DNA of 27,896 nucleotides from a virus (lineage: Duplodnaviria > Caudoviricetes), in the IMG/VR virus record IMGVR_UViG_3300017913_002553, positions 1-27,896 of that record; one strand, 5' to 3'. This document shows positions 16,123-23,475 of the stretch, one piece after another (position 1 is the first letter of the stretch; every line of letters begins with the position of its first letter). A program made the position numbers and the translations under genes. The notes under the pieces are model-generated. The model was not told where the DNA came from. It made no database searches and was given only the letters and a program-made list of their open reading frames with translations.

Positions 16123-17195
16123 TAGTCGTCTCCAAACATCTGCTTGAATCTTTTAGTGTGTTTACTAGGTTTAGTTTTTGCGGTGGCATCGCCAGGTGCT
16201 TTTTTATAGGCGGCCGGATTATCATCATCCATTTTAGCGCCTTTTTTGAAATGAGCGTCTCTCGCCTTCTTCGTCGACACAGACTTTATACCACTATGGT
16301 AAGCTTTAGGCTGTGTGCCATCACGATCCTTGATATCTGGATCCTGCGGAGAATCTTTCTTTCTCTCTTTTTCCTTTTCTACCTTTTCAACAGCATCTAT
16401 CCAGACTCTATAAGTTTCCTGCTTAGATTCAACAATAAGGTAGTTTGCACCAAGGTGTTTAATTTTTCCAACTACGCCGGTTTCTTTAATTACAACGTGC
16501 TCATTTACTTCAAATAAATTTCCACTAACGTATTGTTCACGTTTTTCTGAGACAGTTTCAAGTTGAATATGGTTTTCATATACGACCTGTTCTTTTAGTC
16601 CAATGCCTTTACGTACAGCGTTATAAACTGCTTTAGTGTCTGCATTAGAAAGCTTCTTTGGCATAAATTGCGCAAATTTAGTAAAGTCCCCATCCTTTGC
16701 GTATCCACGTAATTTAGTACCGGATACACCTTCAACGCCTTTAGCTTCTGGATCTCTTTTTCCAGCATTCAATATTGTAATTTTTTCAAAGTTATAAAAT
16801 CCGTGGCGAGCTTTTTTTCCGTTGTACTTATTAAGAGTAACTTCATACTCTCTTACTCGATCAGCGCCGGCTATGACCACAACGCGTCTAAAGCCTTCAT
16901 CGTAAAATGAAGTCATAGCGTCAAATAATGTCTTTAGCTTTTTGTTAAGCATAATTTGGCGAGCGTATTGAGGAAACCCTTTACGTGCAAATTTTACTTT
17001 TTGAACAAATGGAATTGGATTTTTGTTTTTATCTTCTGTTTGAGTTAGATAAATTCTAAGAGGATTATTTCCGGCTTTTGCTTTTGCAAAGTCAAGCAAT
17101 TTTTCGTGGCCGGCTGTGGGCGGGTTCATACGTCCCCACACTACGTATAAGGTTTTTTCTTCTTCAACTAAATATTGCTTAAAACCTGCAATCAT
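16122..17195 (-). CDS. HIGH-superfamily nucleotidyltransferase (phage 'cytidylyltransferase') with C-terminal accessory modules
   Basis: WGRMNPPTAGHEKL, KNPIPF, IAGADRV, AGKRDP..VSGTKLR. Confidence 0.85.
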   Translation of the reverse strand: MIAGFKQYLVEEEKTLYVVWGRMNPPTAGHEKLLDFAKAKAGNNPLRIYLTQTEDKNKNPIPFVQKVKFARKGFPQYARQIMLNKKLKTLFDAMTSFYDEGFRRVVVIAGADRVREYEVTLNKYNGKKARHGFYNFEKITILNAGKRDPEAKGVEGVSGTKLRGYAKDGDFTKFAQFMPKKLSNADTKAVYNAVRKGIGLKEQVVYENHIQLETVSEKREQYVSGNLFEVNEHVVIKETGVVGKIKHLGANYLIVESKQETYRVWIDAVEKVEKEKERKKDSPQDPDIKDRDGTQPKAYHSGIKSVSTKKARDAHFKKGAKMDDDNPAAYKKAPGDATAKTKPSKHTKRFKQMFGDD

Positions 17196-17563
17196 GTTCT
17201 GCGATCCGCTCTTCTCTTTGGTGCCATTTGCTTTCTAGCAGATGTGTTTATTCTGCGCTTAAAGGTCAGGCCACTTAATCGTCTCTCAAGTCCTTTTTTA
17301 CGAGCGACTGATAATTGGCTACGACTTTTTCCGCCTGATAATTTTTTATAGAGATCTGAACGAGCTTGTCTACGAGCACGATTTTTAATTCGATTGGAAT
17401 CAGCTCTTCTACGCGATTGCTTTTTACGAGCTCTTGCTAGCTTAAATCGATTGCGTTTCATAGACCTAGCGAGTGCACGCCTACCTTGTATAGATAAGCC
17501 TTTTTCGATAAGTTCTTCTTCCGATAGGTCAACGACCTTTAGATAAGTAGCAAAATTAAGCAT
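17192..17563 (-). CDS. very Arg/Lys-rich protein, putative DNA-binding internal protein
   Basis: After the acidic leader LSEEELIE the rest is dominated by R/K. Confidence 0.7.
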   Translation of the reverse strand: MLNFATYLKVVDLSEEELIEKGLSIQGRRALARSMKRNRFKLARARKKQSRRRADSNRIKNRARRQARSDLYKKLSGGKSRSQLSVARKKGLERRLSGLTFKRRINTSARKQMAPKRRADRRT

Positions 17564-18786
17564 TAGCGCCCCGGTTTATCCCATCCTTTTAATATATCAG
17601 GCGAAAAGTTGTTGTACGAGAATTCCATTCTGTCAACAATCTTTACCGCATCACCACCAAGTTTATCAATAGCCACATAGCCTTCTGCGCCGGTGACTTT
17701 GAATCCATTACGTGTTTTTACAAAGGTGTCTATTTTGTGGACCCTTTGTAGTATATTTATAAGTTTTAGTTTTGCAAGAACGATCAATCTTTGCAATTCG
17801 AACATTTGTTCTAAATTCTTTTTGTTTTGAGAAGAAAAAAACGATAAGAGCGCATCTGCTTTAGCTTTTTGTCCAGCTTTACCAGCAGGAGTTTTTCTTT
17901 TGTCAGCTTCTTTCTTATACTTATCATCAATAAATTTGATTAAAGCAGCAACTCTTTTTCTTGGATCCGGTGGCACTTGTCCTTTACGTACATAGCTATT
18001 ACCATGTGTTTCAATGTGCTGAGCTAAATCTTGATTAGCCTCAAGTTGTCGTAAAGTTGTGCCAGATATTTTATTAAAAATTTTACCGGCCTGAGATAAT
18101 AATGACGTCACTTCTTTAGTGTCTGATTTTGACATGGTTGCTCTGCTTAAATCTCTAAGCATTGCATCTTGTGACCATACGTCTTTACTAGATTTTAATT
18201 TTGAAACGTCTACTCCATAAGAAGCTTTCATAGATTCAAATGTTTTGCCCGTATATGTGGTGTGCCAGACGATTCCAATTTTTGCTGTCTTAATTTGTTT
18301 GGCCATAGGCGTGCCAGCCGGTACCGCATACACGATCGTATTAGGATGAAAAGTAACATAGGATTTCCCTTTTATTTTTTTCGTCTTAACATCACCCGGT
18401 CCATACAAAAAATCACCTTGTATTACGCCTTTAATTCCTAGCGAAGGTAAAAGCTTTAGAGCAAGCTTAAGCTTTGCATTAAGATCACCGCTTGTATCGT
18501 CATCAACGTCAGAATCAGACTTGTACACTTTGGGATTTTTATTGAAAATACCTTTTTTGGCGACAAAGAATCGTCCATCACGAGGATCAATGCCAGCAAA
18601 GAGAGCAGGAGCACCGTCCCACTTAGTAGAAATTTTTCCATCATGTTCTCCTCCTAGCATATCTCTTAATGAGCGTAAAGCTAGGATAGCTTCTCGAGTA
18701 CCTTTAACACCGCCATAAAGAACTTTGTCCTCAATATGAGTCATATGAGTATTTTTTTGTTCTGTAATAAACTCAGCAAAATTCAT
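17563..18786 (-). CDS. DUF6267-like protein with ligase/nucleotidyltransferase-like motifs
   Basis: KNTHMTHIED, STKWDGAP (KxDG motif I), IQGDFL, FHPNTIVY, EGYV (motif IV), KIVDRMEFS (motif V-like). Confidence 0.7.
   Translation of the reverse strand: MNFAEFITEQKNTHMTHIEDKVLYGGVKGTREAILALRSLRDMLGGEHDGKISTKWDGAPALFAGIDPRDGRFFVAKKGIFNKNPKVYKSDSDVDDDTSGDLNAKLKLALKLLPSLGIKGVIQGDFLYGPGDVKTKKIKGKSYVTFHPNTIVYAVPAGTPMAKQIKTAKIGIVWHTTYTGKTFESMKASYGVDVSKLKSSKDVWSQDAMLRDLSRATMSKSDTKEVTSLLSQAGKIFNKISGTTLRQLEANQDLAQHIETHGNSYVRKGQVPPDPRKRVAALIKFIDDKYKKEADKRKTPAGKAGQKAKADALLSFFSSQNKKNLEQMFELQRLIVLAKLKLINILQRVHKIDTFVKTRNGFKVTGAEGYVAIDKLGGDAVKIVDRMEFSYNNFSPDILKGWDKPGR
17754..17761 (-). promoter_or_regulatory. 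T4 late promoter consensus TATAAATA, intragenic
   Basis: Exact match about 190 nt upstream of the next gene. Confidence 0.45.
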
Positions 18787-19859
18787 TAGACTACCTTTGG
18801 TTTTGTATATTTGAAGTCACACATCATACGAGTAGGATAACCATCAGTACCTTGAGTGTCTCTGATGTTAAGAGTAAATATGTATGTTGAAGATTTCATA
18901 ACCATGTTTACTCTTTTAGCTCTACCGCCTTTACCGCCATACTCAACAACAATGCTGCCAACTTTAGCTGCTTTTCTCATTTCGACTTTATCCATTTTTT
19001 TAGATAAAATGCCACCAGTTAGCTTATGAATTATGTGATATCCATATCCAATGCCAGACTGTAAAAGATTTTGCAAACCAGCTTTATCATATTTTGTCAC
19101 GGTTTCTTTTCCAGCAACAGAATAATCACCATTGAAAATAGCACAAAATCTTTCAGGATCTATACCAAATAGATTAAGAAGTTTTAATCCATCTTTATTT
19201 GTAATAGTTCCAGATTGAATTTCTTTTTTTGTTAATATTTTTTTGATACCTACATTGAAAAACGTTGTAGTACCACCAAGCTTTAAGCTTAAATAAACAG
19301 GCGGTCCATCGTGTTCTAATGTAATATCTGTTACACTTTTACCTACGTCAAAGCCTGACCCCTTTGGATTTTGTAATTGAATTTTTGATCCAAAGACTAT
19401 TGGTCTACGAGTATTTTCTCCACCTAAAACTTTAGCATCAAACGTTCTGCTTTTTGCAAGATTATATGTTTTGTTTAAGTCTTCAATTGCTCTAAGAAGT
19501 TTAGCGTCATCGACAGGTCTACCGGCATACCAATTTTCAATAGCATTTGCAAATTGAGTTTCAAATGCATTTCCTCTATTATTAGCACCGCGGTTACCTG
19601 AAGAACCATTACCAAATTTTAAGTTAAAGGTAGTTATCCCTAAACTTTTTTTAATGTCCTTTAAGTCTATATCACCCTGTAAAGCTCTTGTAACATTAAC
19701 CATTGACTTTTTCGAAACGTCAATGTTGATAGGCGTATCAGCTTTTCTAGCTAACCTCTGATGCAGTAACACTAGATCTTTGACTGCCTTTTCGCCCCAG
19801 GTATCTGTAAGCTTTGGAGCAATCTCAGACGATGTTTTTGGAAAAAAATCGTATGCCAT
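18786..19859 (-). CDS. hypothetical protein, possible PD-(D/E)XK-fold nuclease
   Basis: GNAFE helix, VTDITL...YLSLK (D...SxK variant). Confidence 0.55.
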   Translation of the reverse strand: MAYDFFPKTSSEIAPKLTDTWGEKAVKDLVLLHQRLARKADTPINIDVSKKSMVNVTRALQGDIDLKDIKKSLGITTFNLKFGNGSSGNRGANNRGNAFETQFANAIENWYAGRPVDDAKLLRAIEDLNKTYNLAKSRTFDAKVLGGENTRRPIVFGSKIQLQNPKGSGFDVGKSVTDITLEHDGPPVYLSLKLGGTTTFFNVGIKKILTKKEIQSGTITNKDGLKLLNLFGIDPERFCAIFNGDYSVAGKETVTKYDKAGLQNLLQSGIGYGYHIIHKLTGGILSKKMDKVEMRKAAKVGSIVVEYGGKGGRAKRVNMVMKSSTYIFTLNIRDTQGTDGYPTRMMCDFKYTKPKVV

Positions 19860-19878
19860 AAAAATATCTCCTTGCTTC

Positions 19879-19886
19879 TATTTATA
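19879..19886 (-). promoter_or_regulatory. T4 late promoter TATAAATA heading the late block
   Basis: Exact consensus, intergenic, just after a terminator and before an AAGGAG SD. Confidence 0.85.
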
Positions 19887-19887
19887 T

Positions 19888-19917
19888 AAAAAACAAGGGG
19901 AGCCTTGTGCCCCCCTC
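19888..19917 (-). terminator. intrinsic terminator
   Basis: GAGGGGGGC-ACAAG-GCTCCCCTT followed by GTTTTTT. Confidence 0.85.
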
Positions 19918-19951
19918 ATTCCTCAGAAATCGTGCAATAATGGAAAAGGAA

Positions 19952-20272
19952 TCACGATTTCCGATAAATGTAGACGTCTGCACAGGATGCATTACGAATT
20001 CCGCCTACAATATTTCCAAATTGATCGTAGGATACTTTACCTACAGAGCCTGGCACATGCCAAACCGGATCAACTTTCATTTTCTTATAAGGTTTACGTC
20101 CTCTTAAACAAACGCGCCATTGATAACTTGAGCCACGCTCTCTATTAAACCTATTAAAAGTACGAACCATATTTTTTACAAGTTGGAGTTCTTTCATATC
20201 TTCATCGTTAGAAAAATTAAACGTACCGATGAATGAATTTGAATATCTATTGTTATTAACTTGAATACCCAT
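19952..20272 (-). CDS. hypothetical protein
   Basis: ORF track; AAGGAG SD. Confidence 0.75.
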   Translation of the reverse strand: MGIQVNNNRYSNSFIGTFNFSNDEDMKELQLVKNMVRTFNRFNRERGSSYQWRVCLRGRKPYKKMKVDPVWHVPGSVGKVSYDQFGNIVGGIRNASCADVYIYRKS

Positions 20273-20283
20273 GATATATCTCC

Positions 20284-21231
20284 TTAAGCAGCCGTTGCGT
20301 ATTCAACGGCTTTTTCTGCTGCTTTGATTTTACGTAGCTGGTTTCCACCAAACCACTGTGAGTGCAACCGATTTTCAGCATTACGGCCTTGCACGTGATC
20401 AGTAATAAATGTTACTGAATTAAATGCTTGCCACCAAGTACCTTCACCGTACTCAGAACCAGGTTGAGTTTCTAAAACATCAAACGCTTGCTTAGCAGAG
20501 CGTGAGATCGTGTCAATGTTGATTGACTCTACAGTACCTGAAGTACGTGGGAAAACCTCGTTAAGATACTGAATATAGGCCTCACCAGTCATGCGCTTTG
20601 ACGCCAAGAACTCAGCCATCTCCTTGTATTTTGCAAACTTTTCGTGTGCAATACCTAAGGTTTGCTTAACCATCTCAGCATCAAATGCTGTCCGGTGACC
20701 GACTTTTACAGATCGATCAGACTTTGACTCGAGAGACATAGTCAAAGTATTATTACAAACCACTCTGATAGGAGTAAAGCGAATGTCAATTGACTTGCCA
20801 TACTGGTGAGGGTTAGAGAAAAGAAGATATGAGTCAATTTGATCTTCACCAAAAAGATCAAATGATTCTTTGACTTTAGCCAAAGCCCATACCATTTGTC
20901 CACCTTTTAGTGAACCTGCGGTATGCATTTCCATATCACCTGAAAGACAATATTCAGAAAAGAAGTTAAATGCTTCATCGTTCTGAACTGGATTCCAGTT
21001 TTCTCCAACGTTCGTTAAGACGCGACCGTCTGTTTCGCGTACCAGTGCTTTTTGACCGGTAGAAACTTTTTTGCCTGAGAACTCGACGAATGATTCACAT
21101 TCTACGACATTCCAATCAAGGCCAGCTTTTTGCTGCATTTGCTGAGGAGTAAGATCATTTGATACAGGAACTCCAAGACCGTGCCACGGAACTTGACCTG
21201 CATACGCCATTGTTTCAACTTGATGTGCCAT
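20284..21231 (-). CDS. DUF932 / TIGR03299-type phage-plasmid protein
   Basis: MAY.G..PWHGLG, AGLDW, PVQNDEAF, TAGSLKGG, TPIRVVCNNTL, GTWWQAFNSVT; start MAHQV after AAGGAG. Confidence 0.9.
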   Translation of the reverse strand: MAHQVETMAYAGQVPWHGLGVPVSNDLTPQQMQQKAGLDWNVVECESFVEFSGKKVSTGQKALVRETDGRVLTNVGENWNPVQNDEAFNFFSEYCLSGDMEMHTAGSLKGGQMVWALAKVKESFDLFGEDQIDSYLLFSNPHQYGKSIDIRFTPIRVVCNNTLTMSLESKSDRSVKVGHRTAFDAEMVKQTLGIAHEKFAKYKEMAEFLASKRMTGEAYIQYLNEVFPRTSGTVESINIDTISRSAKQAFDVLETQPGSEYGEGTWWQAFNSVTFITDHVQGRNAENRLHSQWFGGNQLRKIKAAEKAVEYATAA

Positions 21232-21308
21232 AATATAATGTCTCCTTAAGACCATGTTGTGGAAAGCTTTGCAGTGACTCTTAATCTTAGCCTTTCGGCT
21301 CCAGTAAA

Positions 21309-21393
21309 CTTTTCCTTTTCCATTTTATAGATCTATTATACCATAGATCTTTTCAATTGTAAACCTTTTTTTTCAAAAAAATTCACTTTTTTT
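21309..21393 (-). repeat. 85-bp direct repeat copy 1, containing an early promoter
   Basis: 3 mismatches to 22419-22503; GTTTAC (21364-21359), TATAAT (21340-21335). Confidence 0.9.
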
Positions 21394-21402
21394 CACTTTT
21401 TT

Positions 21403-21591
21403 TTACCAACGGCCACCTTGGATTTTGTACTCTAAATTAGAGTACAATTTTTCAGAAGCTTCTTTGAATTCAATAGCCTTTTCCACAGCTTCTTTTACGC
21501 CAAGTTTAGTGATAGAAAATGACATTTCCATGCCGAACTCTTTGTCCATTGTCTTGTGACGATTCATCACCATGATCCAATCTTGTTCCAT
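21403..21591 (-). CDS. hypothetical protein
   Basis: ORF track 21403..21627; start moved to MEQDW behind AAGGAG. Confidence 0.65.
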   Translation of the reverse strand: MEQDWIMVMNRHKTMDKEFGMEMSFSITKLGVKEAVEKAIEFKEASEKLYSNLEYKIQGGRW

Positions 21592-21601
21592 TATCATCTC
21601 C

Positions 21602-22132
21602 TTATAGACTTTCTCTGAGTTTTTCAAACTTACGAATTTGTCTTTCGTAAAAATTATTCATAGCAAGCTTCAATTCAAAATACCAATCATCCTTTGAGCC
21701 ATCAAAGGTAGACACACCATTGTCGGTTTTAGTTAATTGCAGTTGACCAAGCCCAAGGTTTTGAATAGTAAGATGCTCCCATGAAATAGACTGAATTGGT
21801 CTATAATCTACGTTAACAATTTGCGCAGTCATGCCATCAACTGGATTTACAACATAGTCAATAAACAAATACGCTATTTCAGTATCTTTGTTTTTCATCA
21901 AACGATCTACAGAAATTAAATTTGGCATACTAAATTCACGACCAATGTCACGAGTTTTTACATCAATTAGTACACCATTAAGTTCAACATCTTCAATAGT
22001 TCTTACTGACTTTGGTTTTTTTCCACCTTTTGCTACAAGCTGTTCAACAATATCGTTTTCAATGATATCAGCAATTGCTCGCTGGCCGGAACCAGTTGGC
22101 ACGCTGTACATCTTGTATTCAATGTCTAGCAT
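21602..22132 (-). CDS. type II restriction-endonuclease-like PD-(D/E)XK nuclease
   Basis: ADIIE helix, IEDVELNGVLIDVKT (D...DxK), MPNLIS, GQLQL; start MLDIE by TAATG overlap. Confidence 0.65.
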   Translation of the reverse strand: MLDIEYKMYSVPTGSGQRAIADIIENDIVEQLVAKGGKKPKSVRTIEDVELNGVLIDVKTRDIGREFSMPNLISVDRLMKNKDTEIAYLFIDYVVNPVDGMTAQIVNVDYRPIQSISWEHLTIQNLGLGQLQLTKTDNGVSTFDGSKDDWYFELKLAMNNFYERQIRKFEKLRESL

Positions 22133-22410
22133 TACGCCACCTCTAACAAAGATGGCGATACATTCCACATGCCGTTCTGACCGGCATTTACTACAATGTT
22201 TTTACGATTAATCTTTGCAATGGTTCCAGACATTGGACCACGCTTACCGAACCACTGAACTTGTTGACCAACTACAAAGTTAGACTTAAGAGAACGTTCT
22301 TTCATTCTGCGAGTTGTGTTAAACATTTCAGCAATTTTTTGAAAGTCTTTCATATCTGCCTGAGCAAAAAGAACTTGAATTTCAGAGATTTGAGCTGTAG
22401 TTAAAGACAT
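22132..22410 (-). CDS. hypothetical early protein with SH3/KOW-like C-terminal barrel
   Basis: FVVGQQVQWF....SGTIAKINRKNIVV....WNVSPSLL. Confidence 0.7.
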   Translation of the reverse strand: MSLTTAQISEIQVLFAQADMKDFQKIAEMFNTTRRMKERSLKSNFVVGQQVQWFGKRGPMSGTIAKINRKNIVVNAGQNGMWNVSPSLLEVA

Positions 22411-22418
22411 GATATTTC

Positions 22419-22503
22419 CTTTTCCTTTTCCATTTTATAGATCTATTCTACCACAGATCTTTTCAATTGTAAACCTTTTTTTTCAAAAAAATGCACTTTT
22501 TTT
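22419..22503 (-). repeat. 85-bp direct repeat copy 2, containing an early promoter
   Basis: GTTTAC (22474-22469), TAGAAT (22450-22445); offset 1110 nt from copy 1. Confidence 0.9.
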
Positions 22504-22505
22504 GA

Positions 22506-22754
22506 TTAAAATTCTCCAACTGTTCCATTCTTAGAGTAATACTCTCTGCACAATCTTTCGTAGATTTCATTACACATGTTAATACGATTTTTACCTCGCA
22601 TCTTTAACATCTTATTAGTAACATAGTCTTTTTTGATTACATCATGTAAAGCAACTGTTGCCTTTACATATCCACGGTTCTGCCAGAAAGTACTCAAAAG
22701 CTCATCCTGTTTTGCAAAGATTTCCTTTGCGCCTGGAATATCAATATTTCTCAT
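22506..22754 (-). CDS. hypothetical early protein
   Basis: Start moved to MRNID; the longer ORF-track start lies inside the promoter. Confidence 0.7.
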   Translation of the reverse strand: MRNIDIPGAKEIFAKQDELLSTFWQNRGYVKATVALHDVIKKDYVTNKMLKMRGKNRINMCNEIYERLCREYYSKNGTVGEF

Positions 22755-22759
22755 TTCAT

Positions 22760-22814
22760 TTTTCCTTTTCCATTTTATAGTACTATTATACCACAATGCT
22801 TCTCATTTGTAAAC
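22760..22814 (-). promoter_or_regulatory. early promoter cassette
   Basis: GTTTAC (22814-22809), 18 nt, TATAAT (22790-22785), leader CTATAAAATGGAAAAGGAAAA. Confidence 0.85.
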
Positions 22815-22824
22815 CCCTAAAGTG

Positions 22825-22850
22825 AAAAAAAATGCACCATAAAGGTGCAT
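22825..22850 (-). terminator. intrinsic terminator closing the TctA-methyltransferase operon
   Basis: ATGCACC-TTTAT-GGTGCAT followed by a T run. Confidence 0.85.
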
Positions 22851-22851
22851 C

Positions 22852-23475
22852 TTATTTTATCCAGCGCCAGGTAAGCCTAGGAAAAATGAATCTATCAAAT
22901 GGTATGCCATGTTGTTCGCATACGCGCCTTTGTATTTTTTCATCTTCTTCTGACATATAAAACGTATCAGTGTATGAGGTTTCTACTTCACCGACAAGTT
23001 TAAGTCCTGCGAATTCACCAAGCTCTTTTATGTAACTAGGAGTCCAATGTTTTTTTGGAGCAACATGACAAACAATAGTGCCAAAAGGATGAAGCATATA
23101 GTGCATAAGACTAACCATTGCTTCTTCCCACTCTTCATCTCCATATTGCAATGGACCAAAATTCAAAATCCAATCTGCAGAATCCGGAGCAAAGATTCGA
23201 TATAGCATATCAATTTCTGTAACTAAATCTACATCTGGATGATCTACTACATCAACGCCAATAAGATTAGGAATTAATCCTTTGAAAGGATTTCCTCCAC
23301 AACCTAAATCTAAAACTAAGCTAGGCTTAGACTTTTCTATTTCGTTTGCTAATAGTTTTCCACTTTTTTGTCGATAAAGAGCAAGATTTCTCTTTTCAAG
23401 TTCTTGTGGAGATGAATATCTTTTTATGACAGCTTCTATTTGAGCGTCGTATTTGTCGGCTTTTTCCACCACCAA
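22852..23475 (-). CDS. class I SAM-dependent methyltransferase (paralog 3)
   Basis: VLDLGCGGNPFK..IPNLIGVD, DWILNFGPLQYG, MLHPFG. Confidence 0.75.
   Translation of the reverse strand: MVVEKADKYDAQIEAVIKRYSSPQELEKRNLALYRQKSGKLLANEIEKSKPSLVLDLGCGGNPFKGLIPNLIGVDVVDHPDVDLVTEIDMLYRIFAPDSADWILNFGPLQYGDEEWEEAMVSLMHYMLHPFGTIVCHVAPKKHWTPSYIKELGEFAGLKLVGEVETSYTDTFYMSEEDEKIQRRVCEQHGIPFDRFIFPRLTWRWIK

Noticed and set aside
670-22773. ATG in the conserved leader ATGGAAAAGG as a shared N-terminal peptide
   Set aside because: In frame with the downstream gene only at 679; out of frame at 6060, 22433 and 22773
21309-22814. Repeats as a CRISPR array or IS ends
   Set aside because: They are promoters separated by whole genes; no regular spacers, cas genes or transposase
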